From an uncultured Pseudomonadota bacterium (lineage in GTDB: Bacteria > Pseudomonadota > Alphaproteobacteria > JACZXZ01), in NCBI GenBank assembly GCA_963749075.1, contig CAVVLJ010000004.1, forward strand, positions 256,001 to 320,000: DNA of 64,000 bases, read 5' to 3'. The notes under the pieces are model-generated. The model saw nothing but the letters and a program-made list of their open reading frames with translations. It did not search any database and was not told the DNA's origin. Positions 52,079 through 61,517 of the stretch are shown piece after piece; the first letter of the stretch is position 1, and each line of letters starts with the position of its first letter. Both the position numbers and the translations under genes were made by a program.

Positions 52079-52807
52079 CTACCCCTTCCTCCGGCGCGCC
52101 GCATCGTAGTGCTCGAGCACCCAAGATAGGTGGCGGCGCATGGCCTGGGCGGCGGCCTCGGGGTTGCGGCCGCGGATGGCCTCGACGATGGCGCGGTGCT
52201 GGGCGTTGACCGTGAGGTCGTCCTCGGGCCGCGAGAAGAGCTCGTAGCGGTGGAACTCGAGCATTGCCGTCAGGATGTCGCGGATCACGGTCAGGAGGTG
52301 GATGTAGACGGCGCTGTGGCTCGCCTGGGCGACCGCCATGTGGAGGCGCACGTCGTCCTCCGCCTTGTAGCTCCGCGCGCGCTGGGCGTCGTCCATGGCG
52401 GCAACCAGCGCGTCGAGCCTTGCCAAGTCCTCGGCATTGGCATGCTCGCCCGCGCGCCGCGCCGCCCACACCTCGAGGATCGCGCGGATCTCGGCAAGGT
52501 CGTGCAGGTTCTCGCGGTTGCTGCGCAGGAGCTCGGCAAGCGGCCGGTCGAGCTCGACCGCCGAGGACTTGACCCGCGTGCCGCCGCCCTGGACGGCGCT
52601 CACCAGGCCCTGGGCCTTGAGCCGCTGGAGTGCCGCGCGCACCGAGACGCGGCTCACCCCCATGCGCAGCGCGAGCGCCCGCTCGCCCGGCAGCCGCTGG
52701 CCCGGCACCAGGGCGCCCGAGGCGATGAGGCGCATGACCTCCTCCGCCACACGGTCGGCCACCCGCTGGGGGGCTATGCGGCGGAAGGCGGGATCGGGCT
52801 CCGTCAT
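52079..52807 (-). CDS. FadR/GntR family regulator (GlcC-like)
   Basis: PGQRLPGERAL...VSRVSVR.AL, FCD domain (R..LE, D..LH, QH..I..AI). Confidence 0.9.
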   Translation of the reverse strand: MTEPDPAFRRIAPQRVADRVAEEVMRLIASGALVPGQRLPGERALALRMGVSRVSVRAALQRLKAQGLVSAVQGGGTRVKSSAVELDRPLAELLRSNRENLHDLAEIRAILEVWAARRAGEHANAEDLARLDALVAAMDDAQRARSYKAEDDVRLHMAVAQASHSAVYIHLLTVIRDILTAMLEFHRYELFSRPEDDLTVNAQHRAIVEAIRGRNPEAAAQAMRRHLSWVLEHYDAARRRKG

Positions 52808-52820
52808 GGCGCGGCCGTCA

Positions 52821-52843
52821 ACTGGTATGGGATTAAGACCACT
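52821..52843. promoter_or_regulatory. FadR-type operator
   Basis: TGGT-N11-ACCA palindrome just upstream of the GntR gene. Confidence 0.55.
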
Positions 52844-52975
52844 CGGCCCTATAGCGGCTGGCCCTGGCGGGCGTCAAGTGCTGCCGGTCACTTGCGCCGC
52901 CGCGGGCGCGCCAAAGTGCCGTTTGCGCCTGCCTCGCGTGCTCCAAAGGCGCTCGGATTCGGCTATAGTGCCGCG

Positions 52976-53788
52976 ATGAACGACACCGCCAACCCCGAGG
53001 CGGCGCCGCTCCTGGCGCCGGACGAGCCGCCCGCCTTCGAGCTGGTCAATGCCGCGGGCAAGGCGCGCTTTCTCCTCATCTGCGACCACGCGAGCCGGCG
53101 CGTGCCGCGGGCGCTCGACGGCCTGGGCCTCGAGGACTGGCAGCTCCTGCGCCACATCGGCTGGGACATCGGCGCCGCCGAGGTGGCGCGCGCCCTGGCG
53201 AGCCAGCTCTCGGCCCCCCTCGTGCTCGCCGGCTACTCGCGCCTCGTCATCGACGTGAACCGCCGCTTAGCCGATCCCTCCTCCATCCCGGAGGTGAGCG
53301 ACGGCGTGGCGGTGCCGGGAAACAAGGCGCTCTCCAGGGCGCAAGCGGAGAGGCGCGTCGCCGGGCTCTTCGAGCCCTATCATGCGGCGGTCGAGGCGGC
53401 TCTCGCGCGCTGGACGGCCCGGGCCCTGGTGCCGGGGCTCGTCTCCATCCACAGCTTCACGCCCGTCTTCGGCGGCTTCGAGCGGCCGTGGCACATCGGC
53501 GTGCTGTGGGACCGCGACCCGCGCATCGCGGTGCCGCTCTTAGCCGCACTCGGCCGCCTCGACGGCGTCGCGGTGGGCGACAACGAGCCCTATTCCGCGC
53601 GCGAGCCCAAGGGCTACAGCGTCACCGCCCACGCGGGCTCCCGAGGCTATCCCCATGTCGCCATCGAGATCCGCCAGGACCTCATCGACACCCGTCAGGG
53701 TGCGGCGCTTTGGGCCGGGCGGCTCGCCGCGGCCTTGGCGCCGGTCCTCGGCCAAGCGGCCATCTACCGGCAGGAGCGCTACGAGTGA
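52976..53788 (+). CDS. N-formylglutamate amidohydrolase family
   Basis: CDHAS, HIGWDIGA, YSRLVID.NR, PYH, IHSFTP, NEPY, IEIRQD. Confidence 0.92.
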   Translation: MNDTANPEAAPLLAPDEPPAFELVNAAGKARFLLICDHASRRVPRALDGLGLEDWQLLRHIGWDIGAAEVARALASQLSAPLVLAGYSRLVIDVNRRLADPSSIPEVSDGVAVPGNKALSRAQAERRVAGLFEPYHAAVEAALARWTARALVPGLVSIHSFTPVFGGFERPWHIGVLWDRDPRIAVPLLAALGRLDGVAVGDNEPYSAREPKGYSVTAHAGSRGYPHVAIEIRQDLIDTRQGAALWAGRLAAALAPVLGQAAIYRQERYE

Positions 53789-54948
53789 GCGCCGGAGAGC
53801 CGTCCTTCCCGCTCGGCATCGAGGAGGAGTACCTCCTCGTCGACCGCGGCACGGCCGACCTCATCAGCGAGGCGCCGCCGAGCATGCTCGCCGAATGCGA
53901 GGGGCTCCTCGAGGGCCAGGTGATGCCCGAGTTCCTGCAGTCGCAGATCGAGGTGGGCACGCGCATCTGCAGCACGCTCGCCGAGGCGCGGGACGAGCTC
54001 GCCCGCCTCCGCCGCACCGTGGCCGAGGTGGCCGGGCGTCACGGCATCGCCATCATCGCCGCCTCGACCCATCCCTTCGCCCATTGGGGCAGCCAGCGGC
54101 CGACCAGCAAGGCGCGCTACGAGAGCCTGGCGCGCGACCTCCAGGGCGTCGGCCGCCGCCTCATCATCTGCGGCATGCACGTGCACGTCGGCATACCGGA
54201 CGACGATCTGCGCATCGACCTCATGAGCCAGGTGAGCTACGTGCTGCCGCATCTCCTGGCGCTCTCGACCTCCTCGCCCTTCTGGCGCGGCACCAACACG
54301 GGCCTGATGTCGTACCGCCTCGCCGTGTTCGACGAGCTGCCGCGCACGGGGCTCCCCGAGCAGTTCGACAGCTGGGGCGAGTACCAGCGCCACGTGCGCG
54401 TGCTGGTCGACGCCGGCCTCATCGACGACGCGAGCAAGCTGTGGTGGGACGTGCGGCCATCTGCGCGCTTCCCCACCCTCGAGATGCGCATCACCGACAT
54501 GTGCACCAGGCTCGAGGACGCCCTCGCCATCGCCGCCCTCTATCGCTGCTGGCTGCGCATGTTGTGGCGCTTGAGGCGCGACAACCAGCGCTGGCGGCGC
54601 TATGCCGCCATGCTCATCAGCGAGAACCGCTGGCTCGCCCAGCGCTACGGCTATGCCAAGGGGCTCGTCGACTTCGGCAAGGGGCACGTCGTGGCCTACG
54701 CCGAGCTCCTCGAGGAGCTGCTCGCGATCATCGCCCCCGATGCCGACCACTTCGGCTGCCTCCCCGAGGTGGCGCACGCCCGCACCATCCTTAAGCGCGG
54801 CACCTCGGCCCATTGGCAGATCGCGGCCTTCGAGGAGGCGCGGCAAAAAGGCGCTAGCGAGGCGGAGGCGCTCAAGGCGGTCGTCGCCATGCTGATGCGC
54901 GAGACCCTCTCCGGTCTCGGCGCGGCGGCGCCCGCCGTCGCGGTTTGA
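53785..54948 (+). CDS. Carboxylate-amine ligase (YbdK/GCS2)
   Basis: GIEEEY, QIEVGT, CGMHVHVG, SSPFW, WWDVRP, TLEMR..D. Confidence 0.93.
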   Translation: MSAGEPSFPLGIEEEYLLVDRGTADLISEAPPSMLAECEGLLEGQVMPEFLQSQIEVGTRICSTLAEARDELARLRRTVAEVAGRHGIAIIAASTHPFAHWGSQRPTSKARYESLARDLQGVGRRLIICGMHVHVGIPDDDLRIDLMSQVSYVLPHLLALSTSSPFWRGTNTGLMSYRLAVFDELPRTGLPEQFDSWGEYQRHVRVLVDAGLIDDASKLWWDVRPSARFPTLEMRITDMCTRLEDALAIAALYRCWLRMLWRLRRDNQRWRRYAAMLISENRWLAQRYGYAKGLVDFGKGHVVAYAELLEELLAIIAPDADHFGCLPEVAHARTILKRGTSAHWQIAAFEEARQKGASEAEALKAVVAMLMRETLSGLGAAAPAVAV

Positions 54949-55004
54949 CGGAGCCGCGCGGCGCCCCACATATAGGCGTCAACGCCTGCAGCGAGGATGA
55001 TGCC

Positions 55005-55313
55005 ATGACAGAGCAAGAGAAGACCGAGACCGTGCTCGAGGCCGCCGCCTTCCGCCGGCTCCTCCAGCACCTCGGCGAGCGCACGGACGTGCAGAACATC
55101 GACCTCATGAACCTGGCCGGCTTCTGCCGCAACTGCCTCTCGCGCTGGTACCGCGAGGCGGCGGAGGAGCGCGGCGTGGCACTCTCGGACGACAAGGCGC
55201 GCGAGCGCGTCTACGGCATGCCTTTCGCGGAGTGGAAGAGTAAGTACCAGAAAGAAACCTCGGCCGAGCAGAAAGCGGCCTTCGCCAAGGCGAACCCGGG
55301 CCACAGTCACTGA
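55005..55313 (+). CDS. DUF1244 domain protein
   Basis: EAAAFRRL, DVQNIDLMNLAGFCRNCL, YGMP..EWK. Confidence 0.9.
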   Translation: MTEQEKTETVLEAAAFRRLLQHLGERTDVQNIDLMNLAGFCRNCLSRWYREAAEERGVALSDDKARERVYGMPFAEWKSKYQKETSAEQKAAFAKANPGHSH

Positions 55314-55331
55314 GGCGGGCGATCCTTCGGA

Positions 55332-56204
55332 GTGCGCCGCCTCTTCGCCCTCGTCGCCATGGTCGACTGGTCGGCCGCCAACCGCCCGGGACCGCAGCGG
55401 CCGCGCAAGGATCAGATCTGGATCGCCTGGGGCACGCCGCGTGAGCGGCCGGCGCCTCTCTATTGCCGCACGCGGCAGGAGGCGCTCGGGTTTCTCGAGG
55501 GCTTGCTCGCACGCTGCCGCGGCTCGGCTCTCGTCGGCTTCGATTTTCCCAACGCCTATCCCGCGGGCTCCGGCCTTGGCGGCGGACGCCGGGCCGCGGC
55601 GCGCCTGGCGGAGCTGATCGAGGACGGCGCCGACAACCGCAGCAATCGCTTCGCCGTGGCGCGCGCGCTCAATCGCGCGCTCGGCCGGCCACCCGGTCCC
55701 TTCTGGATGTGCCCGGCGAAGGAGGCGGACGCCGTGCTCACGATGAAGCGGCCGAAGCGGCCGCCCTTCGGCGAGCGCGGCTTCGCCGAGTTCCGCATCG
55801 TCGAGCGCCACTTGCGGGCGCGCGGCAAGTATCCCCATTCGGTGTGGCAGCTCTGCGGCGCGGGCTCGGTCGGCAGCCAGGCGCTCCTGGGTCTGCCGGT
55901 GCTCCACCGCCTGCTCAACGCCCCGGCGCTCGCCCGGCGCTCGCGTCTCTGGCCCTTCGAGACGCGCTGGGACAAGCGGCTCGACGGCATCGTGCTCGCC
56001 GAGAGCTGGCCGAGCCTCTTCTCCCTCGCGGGCCAGCGCCACAAGATCAAGGATGCGCGCCAGGTGGCGGCGGTGCGCGACGCGCTCCTTGCCGCCGACC
56101 GCGGCGGCCGCCTCGGGGAGTACCTCGCGCGCCCGGCGGGCCTGAGCGCTGCCGAGAACCGCATCTGCCTCGAGGAGGAGGGCTGGATCCTGGGCATCCT
56201 CTGA
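55332..56204 (+). CDS. Conserved hypothetical protein, DUF429-like (predicted RNase H-like fold)
   Basis: VDWSAA, VGFDFP..YP, SVGSQ, WPFET, E.WP, EEGWILG. Confidence 0.7.
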   Translation: MRRLFALVAMVDWSAANRPGPQRPRKDQIWIAWGTPRERPAPLYCRTRQEALGFLEGLLARCRGSALVGFDFPNAYPAGSGLGGGRRAAARLAELIEDGADNRSNRFAVARALNRALGRPPGPFWMCPAKEADAVLTMKRPKRPPFGERGFAEFRIVERHLRARGKYPHSVWQLCGAGSVGSQALLGLPVLHRLLNAPALARRSRLWPFETRWDKRLDGIVLAESWPSLFSLAGQRHKIKDARQVAAVRDALLAADRGGRLGEYLARPAGLSAAENRICLEEEGWILGIL

Positions 56205-56346
56205 GGCCGCCCTCGCGGCGGTCGGCGCCCTCGAACCTCCTTGTCGCTGGGGCCGAATCGGTACATCCTCGGGGCGAATCCCCCACGGTGAGGGGAATGC
56301 CGGGCCGCTGGAAAGCGGCAACTTGCGGCACGAGGAGGAAAGAGCG

Positions 56347-57582
56347 ATGCGAAACGGAAGAGCTATTTCCGAAGGGCTGACCCGCCGGCGCCTGCTGCGC
56401 CAAGCCGGGATCGCGGGATTGACGGCTTTGAGCGCCCCCGCCTGGGCGCAGACGATGGTGGACTTGCCGTTCCCCGGAGGTATCGGCGAGCGGTCGATCA
56501 CGACCGCCTTCCCGCAGAAGGGTGCCATGGTGCTGCAGCGCACGCGGCCGCCGCTGCTCGAGACGCCGTTCGAGGTCTTCGACAAGGGCGTCTTCACGCC
56601 CAACGACCGCTTCTTCGTGCGCTGGCATTGGTCGGTCATCCCGACGAGCATCGACGCCGACAAATTCCGGCTCAACGTCCGCGGCCATGTGAAGCAGCCG
56701 CTGTCGCTCGCGCTGAAGGAGCTCTTGGCGCTGCCGCGCTTCGAAATCGCGGCGGTGAACCAGTGCTCCGGCAATTCGCGCGGTTTCTTCCAGCCGCGCG
56801 TCCCCGGCGGCGAGTGGGGCAACGGCGCCATGGGCAATGCCAAGTGGACCGGCGTGCGCCTCAAGGACGTGCTCGACCGCGCCGGGGTGAAGCCGGGCGC
56901 GGTGCAGGCCCGCTTCAACGGCCTGGACACGCCGGTCGTGGCGGACGGTCCGGACTTCATCAAGTCGCTTGCCATCGATCACGCGCGCGACGGCGAGGTG
57001 ATGATCGCCTATGCCATGAACGGCGAGCCGCTGCCGCTCCTCAACGGCTTCCCGCTGCGGCTCGTCGTGCCGGGCTGGTATGCGACCTATTGGATGAAGA
57101 TGCTCAACGACATCGAAGTGCTGGACAGCCCGGACACCAACTTCTGGACGAAGACGGCGTACACGATACCGGACACGCCGCGCGCCGACATGAAGCCGGG
57201 CCAGAGCGGGCTCAAGATGGTGCCGATCAACCGGATGAACCCGCGCTCGTTCATCACCAATATCAAGTCGGGTGCCACCCTTCCGGCGGGCAAGCCGGCG
57301 CTGGTCCGCGGCATCGCGTTCGGCGGCGATGCCGGCGTGAAGCGGGTGGACTTCTCGGCCGACGGCGGCAAGACCTGGCACGCAGCGCATCTCGGCAGGG
57401 ACGACGGCAAATACGGCTTCCGGCGCTGGGAGAGGCGTTTCACGCCGACGGCAAAGGGCGACACCACGCTCATGGTCCGCTGCACGAACAGCATTGGCGA
57501 GGCGCAGCCGGCGGAGGCCAACTGGAATCCTTCCGGGTTCATGCGCAACATCATCGAAGCGACGCCCGTTTCGGCTGTGTGA
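56347..57582 (+). CDS. sorA: Sulfite dehydrogenase molybdoprotein (Tat-exported)
   Basis: TRRRLL Tat motif, RPPLLETP, FFVRWH, NQCSGNSR, NGAMGNA.W, GFPLRLVVPG, WNPSGFMRN. Confidence 0.88.
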   Translation: MRNGRAISEGLTRRRLLRQAGIAGLTALSAPAWAQTMVDLPFPGGIGERSITTAFPQKGAMVLQRTRPPLLETPFEVFDKGVFTPNDRFFVRWHWSVIPTSIDADKFRLNVRGHVKQPLSLALKELLALPRFEIAAVNQCSGNSRGFFQPRVPGGEWGNGAMGNAKWTGVRLKDVLDRAGVKPGAVQARFNGLDTPVVADGPDFIKSLAIDHARDGEVMIAYAMNGEPLPLLNGFPLRLVVPGWYATYWMKMLNDIEVLDSPDTNFWTKTAYTIPDTPRADMKPGQSGLKMVPINRMNPRSFITNIKSGATLPAGKPALVRGIAFGGDAGVKRVDFSADGGKTWHAAHLGRDDGKYGFRRWERRFTPTAKGDTTLMVRCTNSIGEAQPAEANWNPSGFMRNIIEATPVSAV

Positions 57583-57595
57583 GGGGGCTCCGCAC

Positions 57596-57928
57596 ATGAC
57601 GCGCAAAATTCTGCCGCTCGCACTCCTCGCCGGAGTCGCAGCACTCTCGCTCGCGGTGCAGGCGAAGGTCCCGGCCGCGTTGAAGTCGCTCGAGGTCACG
57701 CTGCCGGAGAGCAGCCGGACGCTGCCGGACGGCCCCGGCATGCAGGTCGTGAACGACAACTGCCTCGCCTGTCATTCGGCGGGCATGATCTTGAACCAGC
57801 CGACGATGCCGCAGGCCGCGTGGGAGGCCGAAGTCAACAAGATGCGCAACGTCTACAAGGCGCCGCTCGACGCCAAGGACGTGCCGGCGATCGTCGGTTA
57901 TCTGACGGCGGTCAAGGGCCCGAAATAG
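57596..57928 (+). CDS. sorB: Sulfite dehydrogenase cytochrome c subunit
   Basis: Signal peptide, NCLACHS, W..EV.KM...Y.AP. Confidence 0.85.
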   Translation: MTRKILPLALLAGVAALSLAVQAKVPAALKSLEVTLPESSRTLPDGPGMQVVNDNCLACHSAGMILNQPTMPQAAWEAEVNKMRNVYKAPLDAKDVPAIVGYLTAVKGPK

Positions 57929-58043
57929 CCGCCGCCGCCCGCGGCGGCCGATCCCGGTGCTGCGTCTTGCGCGCTGCCCAAGGCGCGGGGTATGACTCCC
58001 GCGTGCGAGCATGAGCACGCGAAGGAAACAGGAGCAGGGCAAG

Positions 58044-58286
58044 ATGCCGGACGTCGGCGGGATCGCTGCCGAGACGCTGCGCTCGTTCGTCGAGCGGATC
58101 GAGCGCCTCGAGGACGAGAAGAAGGCGCTCACGGACGACATCCGCGACGTCTACGCCCAGGCCAAGGGCAGCGGCTTCGACCTCAAGGTGCTGCGCCAGA
58201 TCGTCCGCCTGCGCAAGATGAACAGCGCCGAGCGCCAGGAGCAGGAGACGCTCCTCGACGTCTACAAGCGGGCGCTCGGCATGTAG
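58044..58286 (+). CDS. gapR: GapR/DUF2312 nucleoid-associated protein
   Basis: [16 protein letters not shown]...DVYA.AK..GFD.K.LR. Confidence 0.92.
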   Translation: MPDVGGIAAETLRSFVERIERLEDEKKALTDDIRDVYAQAKGSGFDLKVLRQIVRLRKMNSAERQEQETLLDVYKRALGM

Positions 58287-58337
58287 GCCGGGTGCGGGCG
58301 CGGGGTGCCCCCTCAGCGGTGGCATTTGGCGCCGATC

Positions 58338-58458
58338 GGATTTCCTCATCCTTCGAGACGGACCTGCGGCCCTCCTCAGGATGAGGAAATCCGCCAGACG
58401 CGGGGGCCGCCTCACCCTGAGGAGCGCGCAAAGCGCGCGTCTCGAAGGGCGAGGCGGC
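58338..58458. repeat. Palindromic repeat family B (intergenic copy)
   Basis: GGATTTCCTCATCCTTCGAGACG...CTCCTCAGGATGAGGAAATCC and CCTCACCCTGAGGAGCG...CGTCTCGAAGGGCGAGG. Confidence 0.88.
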
Positions 58459-58572
58459 GATAGGCGATAGTCCCGCCAGGCCCGCCCCGGGTTTGACAGG
58501 GGCCGGCCGGAAGCCCATCTTTTGCTGGGGGAAACCTGTTACGGGAGCCGTCCTCGCAGAGGCTCGCAGGCG

Positions 58573-60468
58573 ATGAAACGCATACCTCCATGGCTGAGCT
58601 GGGCGTTGATCGCGGCCTTCCTCGTGCTGGTCATGGTCATGGGCGGCCTGGGGAACGGCGGCGGCGTCCGCGTGGCCGACGTGTCCTACAGCCAGTTCAG
58701 GAAATTGCTCGAAGGGGGCGCGCTCAGCGCGGTGACGCTGCAGGGCGACGAGGCGCGCGCGCATCTCAAGACGGCCGAGCCGCTCGGGCCCAACGGCGTC
58801 CAGGTGGACGATATCGAGACGCGCCTGCCCTCGATCGGCGACCCCTCGCTCATGCCGGCGCTTCAAGCGAAGGGGGTCGAGCTCACCAACCTTCCGGCCG
58901 AGAGCGGCGGCGGCCGCTTCCTCTATGCGCTGGCCCCCTGGCTCGTGCTCATCGCCGTCTACTGGTTCTTCTGGGGCCGCATGTACCGCAACATGGCGGG
59001 CGGCCTCGGCGGCGGGCGCGACGTGAACGACTTCCTTTACGGCTCCGCCAAGCGCGAGGTGAAGAGCACGCAGAAGGTCACCTTCGCCGACGTGGCGGGC
59101 CAGGAAGGCGCCAAGCGCGAGGTCGCCGAGCTCGTGGATTTCCTCAAGAGTCCTGAGCAGTACCGCAAGCTCGGCGCCGAGCCGCCGCGCGGGGTGCTCA
59201 TGGTGGGCCCGCCGGGCACGGGCAAGACGCTTCTCGCCCGCGCGCTGGCCGGCGAGGCGGGCGTACCCTTCTTCTCGATCTCCGCCTCCGAGTTCATCGA
59301 GGTCTTCGTCGGCGTGGGTGCCAGCCGCGTGCGCAAGATGTTCGAGGAGGCGAAGAAGCGCGCCCCCAGCATCATCTTCATCGACGAGCTCAATTCGATC
59401 GGCCGCGTGCGCGGCACCGGGCTCGGCGGCGGACACGACGAGCGCGAGCAGACGCTCAACCAGATACTCGCCGAGATGGACGGCTTCGAGGGCCGCGAGG
59501 CGGTCATCGTGCTGGCGGCGACCAACCGCCCGGACGTGCTCGACCCGGCCCTCCTCAGGCCCGGCCGCTTCGACCGCCAGGTGACGCTCGAGCTGCCCGA
59601 CAAGGCGGCGCGCGCCGCCATCTTCAAGGTGCACGTGAAGAAGGTGCCGCTCGCCGGCGACGTCGATCTCTTAACGCTCGCGGCCGCCACGCCCGGCTTC
59701 TCCGGGGCCGACATCAAGAACCTGGTGAACGAGGCGGCGATGATGGCGGCGCGCGAGGGCAAGACCCAGGTCGCCATGCGCCACTTCGAGGAGATGCGCG
59801 ACAAGGTCACGATCGGCGCCGTGCGCAGCCTCGCGATCCAGCCCGAGGAGCACCACCGCCTCGCCGTGCACGAGAGCGGCCATACCGCGGTGGCCCATTT
59901 CCTGCCCAACGCCGATCCGCTTTACAGGGTCAGCATCATTCCACGCGGCCGCGCGCTCGGCGCCACCCAGTCGCTGCCCGAGCAGGAGCGCCACACGCTG
60001 CCCGAGGACTACTTGCGCGACCGCATCGCCGTCATGCTCGGCGGCCGCACCGCGGAGCGCGAGCTCCTCGGCAGCGTCTCGACCGGCGCCGACGACGACA
60101 TCCGCCAGGCCACGGCGCTGGCCCGCGCCATGGTCTCGCGCTGGGGCATGTCGAGCGAGATCGGCCCGATGGACGTGCGCGACAGCGAGGAGCATCCCTT
60201 CCTCGGGCGCGAGATCGCACAGCCTCGCCGCTTCAGCGACACCACGGCCCACACGGTCGACGAGGCGGTGCGCCGGCTGCTCCTCGAAGGCGAGGAGCGC
60301 GCCGCCCAGGTCATCCGCGAGCACAAGCCCGGCCTCATGAAGCTCATCGCCGCCCTCGAGGAGCGCGAGACCCTCGACCGCGGCGAGATCGAGGCCTGCC
60401 TCGGCGCGGCAGAGCGCCGCGCCGCCGACGCGCGCGCCGATCCCAAGCGCGGCCCGCGTGCGGCATAA
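58573..60468 (+). CDS. ftsH: ATP-dependent zinc metalloprotease FtsH (paralogue)
   Basis: Two TM segments, [38 protein letters not shown]. Confidence 0.93.
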   Translation: MKRIPPWLSWALIAAFLVLVMVMGGLGNGGGVRVADVSYSQFRKLLEGGALSAVTLQGDEARAHLKTAEPLGPNGVQVDDIETRLPSIGDPSLMPALQAKGVELTNLPAESGGGRFLYALAPWLVLIAVYWFFWGRMYRNMAGGLGGGRDVNDFLYGSAKREVKSTQKVTFADVAGQEGAKREVAELVDFLKSPEQYRKLGAEPPRGVLMVGPPGTGKTLLARALAGEAGVPFFSISASEFIEVFVGVGASRVRKMFEEAKKRAPSIIFIDELNSIGRVRGTGLGGGHDEREQTLNQILAEMDGFEGREAVIVLAATNRPDVLDPALLRPGRFDRQVTLELPDKAARAAIFKVHVKKVPLAGDVDLLTLAAATPGFSGADIKNLVNEAAMMAAREGKTQVAMRHFEEMRDKVTIGAVRSLAIQPEEHHRLAVHESGHTAVAHFLPNADPLYRVSIIPRGRALGATQSLPEQERHTLPEDYLRDRIAVMLGGRTAERELLGSVSTGADDDIRQATALARAMVSRWGMSSEIGPMDVRDSEEHPFLGREIAQPRRFSDTTAHTVDEAVRRLLLEGEERAAQVIREHKPGLMKLIAALEERETLDRGEIEACLGAAERRAADARADPKRGPRAA

Positions 60469-60501
60469 AGGCACTCCGCGAGGAGGAGAGCGAGGCGTGC
60501 G

Positions 60502-60984
60502 TTGAGGGGGCGGCGAAAGCTCGTTGTTCTCGGCGCCGTGGCCGCCGCCGGGATCGCCGCGGCAGCGCTGGTCTGGCAGCGCGAGAGCCACGCCACCTAT
60601 GCAGACGGCGACGCCGGCGACCGGCAACAGGTGGCGCTCGGCGCCGAGGTCTATAAGGCCCATTGCGCCTCCTGCCACGGCGCCCACCTCGAGGGCCAGC
60701 CCAATTGGCGCCAGCGCAAGCCCGACGGGCGGCTTCCGGCACCGCCCCACGACTATCACGGCCACACCTGGCGCCATCCCGACAAGGACCTCTTCGGCAT
60801 GGTCAAGAAGGGCATCGCCGCTTACGCGCCGCCGGGCTATCAGAGCGACATGATGGGCTTCGCGGGCGTGCTGTCGGACAAGGAGATCTGGGCGGTCATC
60901 GCCTTCATCAAGAGCAGCTGGCCGCCTGAATTCCGCACCTATCAGCGGAAAATCACCGAGGGTGCCCGGCCGAGCGGCGAATGA
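60502..60984 (+). CDS. c-type cytochrome
   Basis: N-terminal hydrophobic segment, CASCHG, PAPPHD..GHTW.HPD, distal Met. Confidence 0.88.
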   Translation: MRGRRKLVVLGAVAAAGIAAAALVWQRESHATYADGDAGDRQQVALGAEVYKAHCASCHGAHLEGQPNWRQRKPDGRLPAPPHDYHGHTWRHPDKDLFGMVKKGIAAYAPPGYQSDMMGFAGVLSDKEIWAVIAFIKSSWPPEFRTYQRKITEGARPSGE

Positions 60985-61053
60985 CGGGTCTGCCGCGGTT
61001 GAAAACCGCCGCGGAATCGCCTATGTCTCGATGAACTCGCGAGGAAGGCTCGA

Positions 61054-61347
61054 ATGAAGCGCTCGCTCTTGATTGCCTCGGCGGTGGCGGCGGTGCTGGC
61101 CGGCCAGGCGCTGGCCGAATCCGGCAACGATCCCGCCATCGACGAGAAGTGCTACGGCGTCTCGCCGCACGACGTCTCGGAATGCGGCGGCGACCCGCAG
61201 ACCTGCGCGCGCAACGCGAGCGCAGAGGCGCCGGCCAAGGACGGCGGCGCGCAGGCCGCGAATTCCAAGGCGGACGAGTGGGCCTATGTGCCCCGCGGCA
61301 CCTGCACCAAGATCTACGGCGGCACCCTCACGCCCAAGACGTCCTGA
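61054..61347 (+). CDS. DUF2282/BufA1-like periplasmic four-cysteine protein
   Basis: Signal peptide, EKCYGV....C......C...W.YVP.GTC.KI.GG.L. Confidence 0.8.
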   Translation: MKRSLLIASAVAAVLAGQALAESGNDPAIDEKCYGVSPHDVSECGGDPQTCARNASAEAPAKDGGAQAANSKADEWAYVPRGTCTKIYGGTLTPKTS

Positions 61348-61377
61348 GCCGGTCTCTCGACTCATGTGCGCTTGGCG

Positions 61378-61478
61378 CACCCCCCTCCCTACCCTCCCCC
61401 TCAAGGGGGGAGGGGAATAGCGAGCGGGCTCGATGACTTCCCCCTCCCCCTTGAAGGGGGAGGGCTGGGGTGGGGGTG
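61378..61478. repeat. Palindromic repeat family A between convergent genes
   Basis: CACCCCCCTCCCTACCCTCCCCCTCAAGGGGGGAGGGG and CCCCTCCCCCTTGAAGGGGGAGGGCTGGGGTGGGGGTG. Confidence 0.85.
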
Positions 61479-61517
61479 ACGCTCAATTTCGCGAGAGCTG
61501 GCGCTACGACGCCCCCC

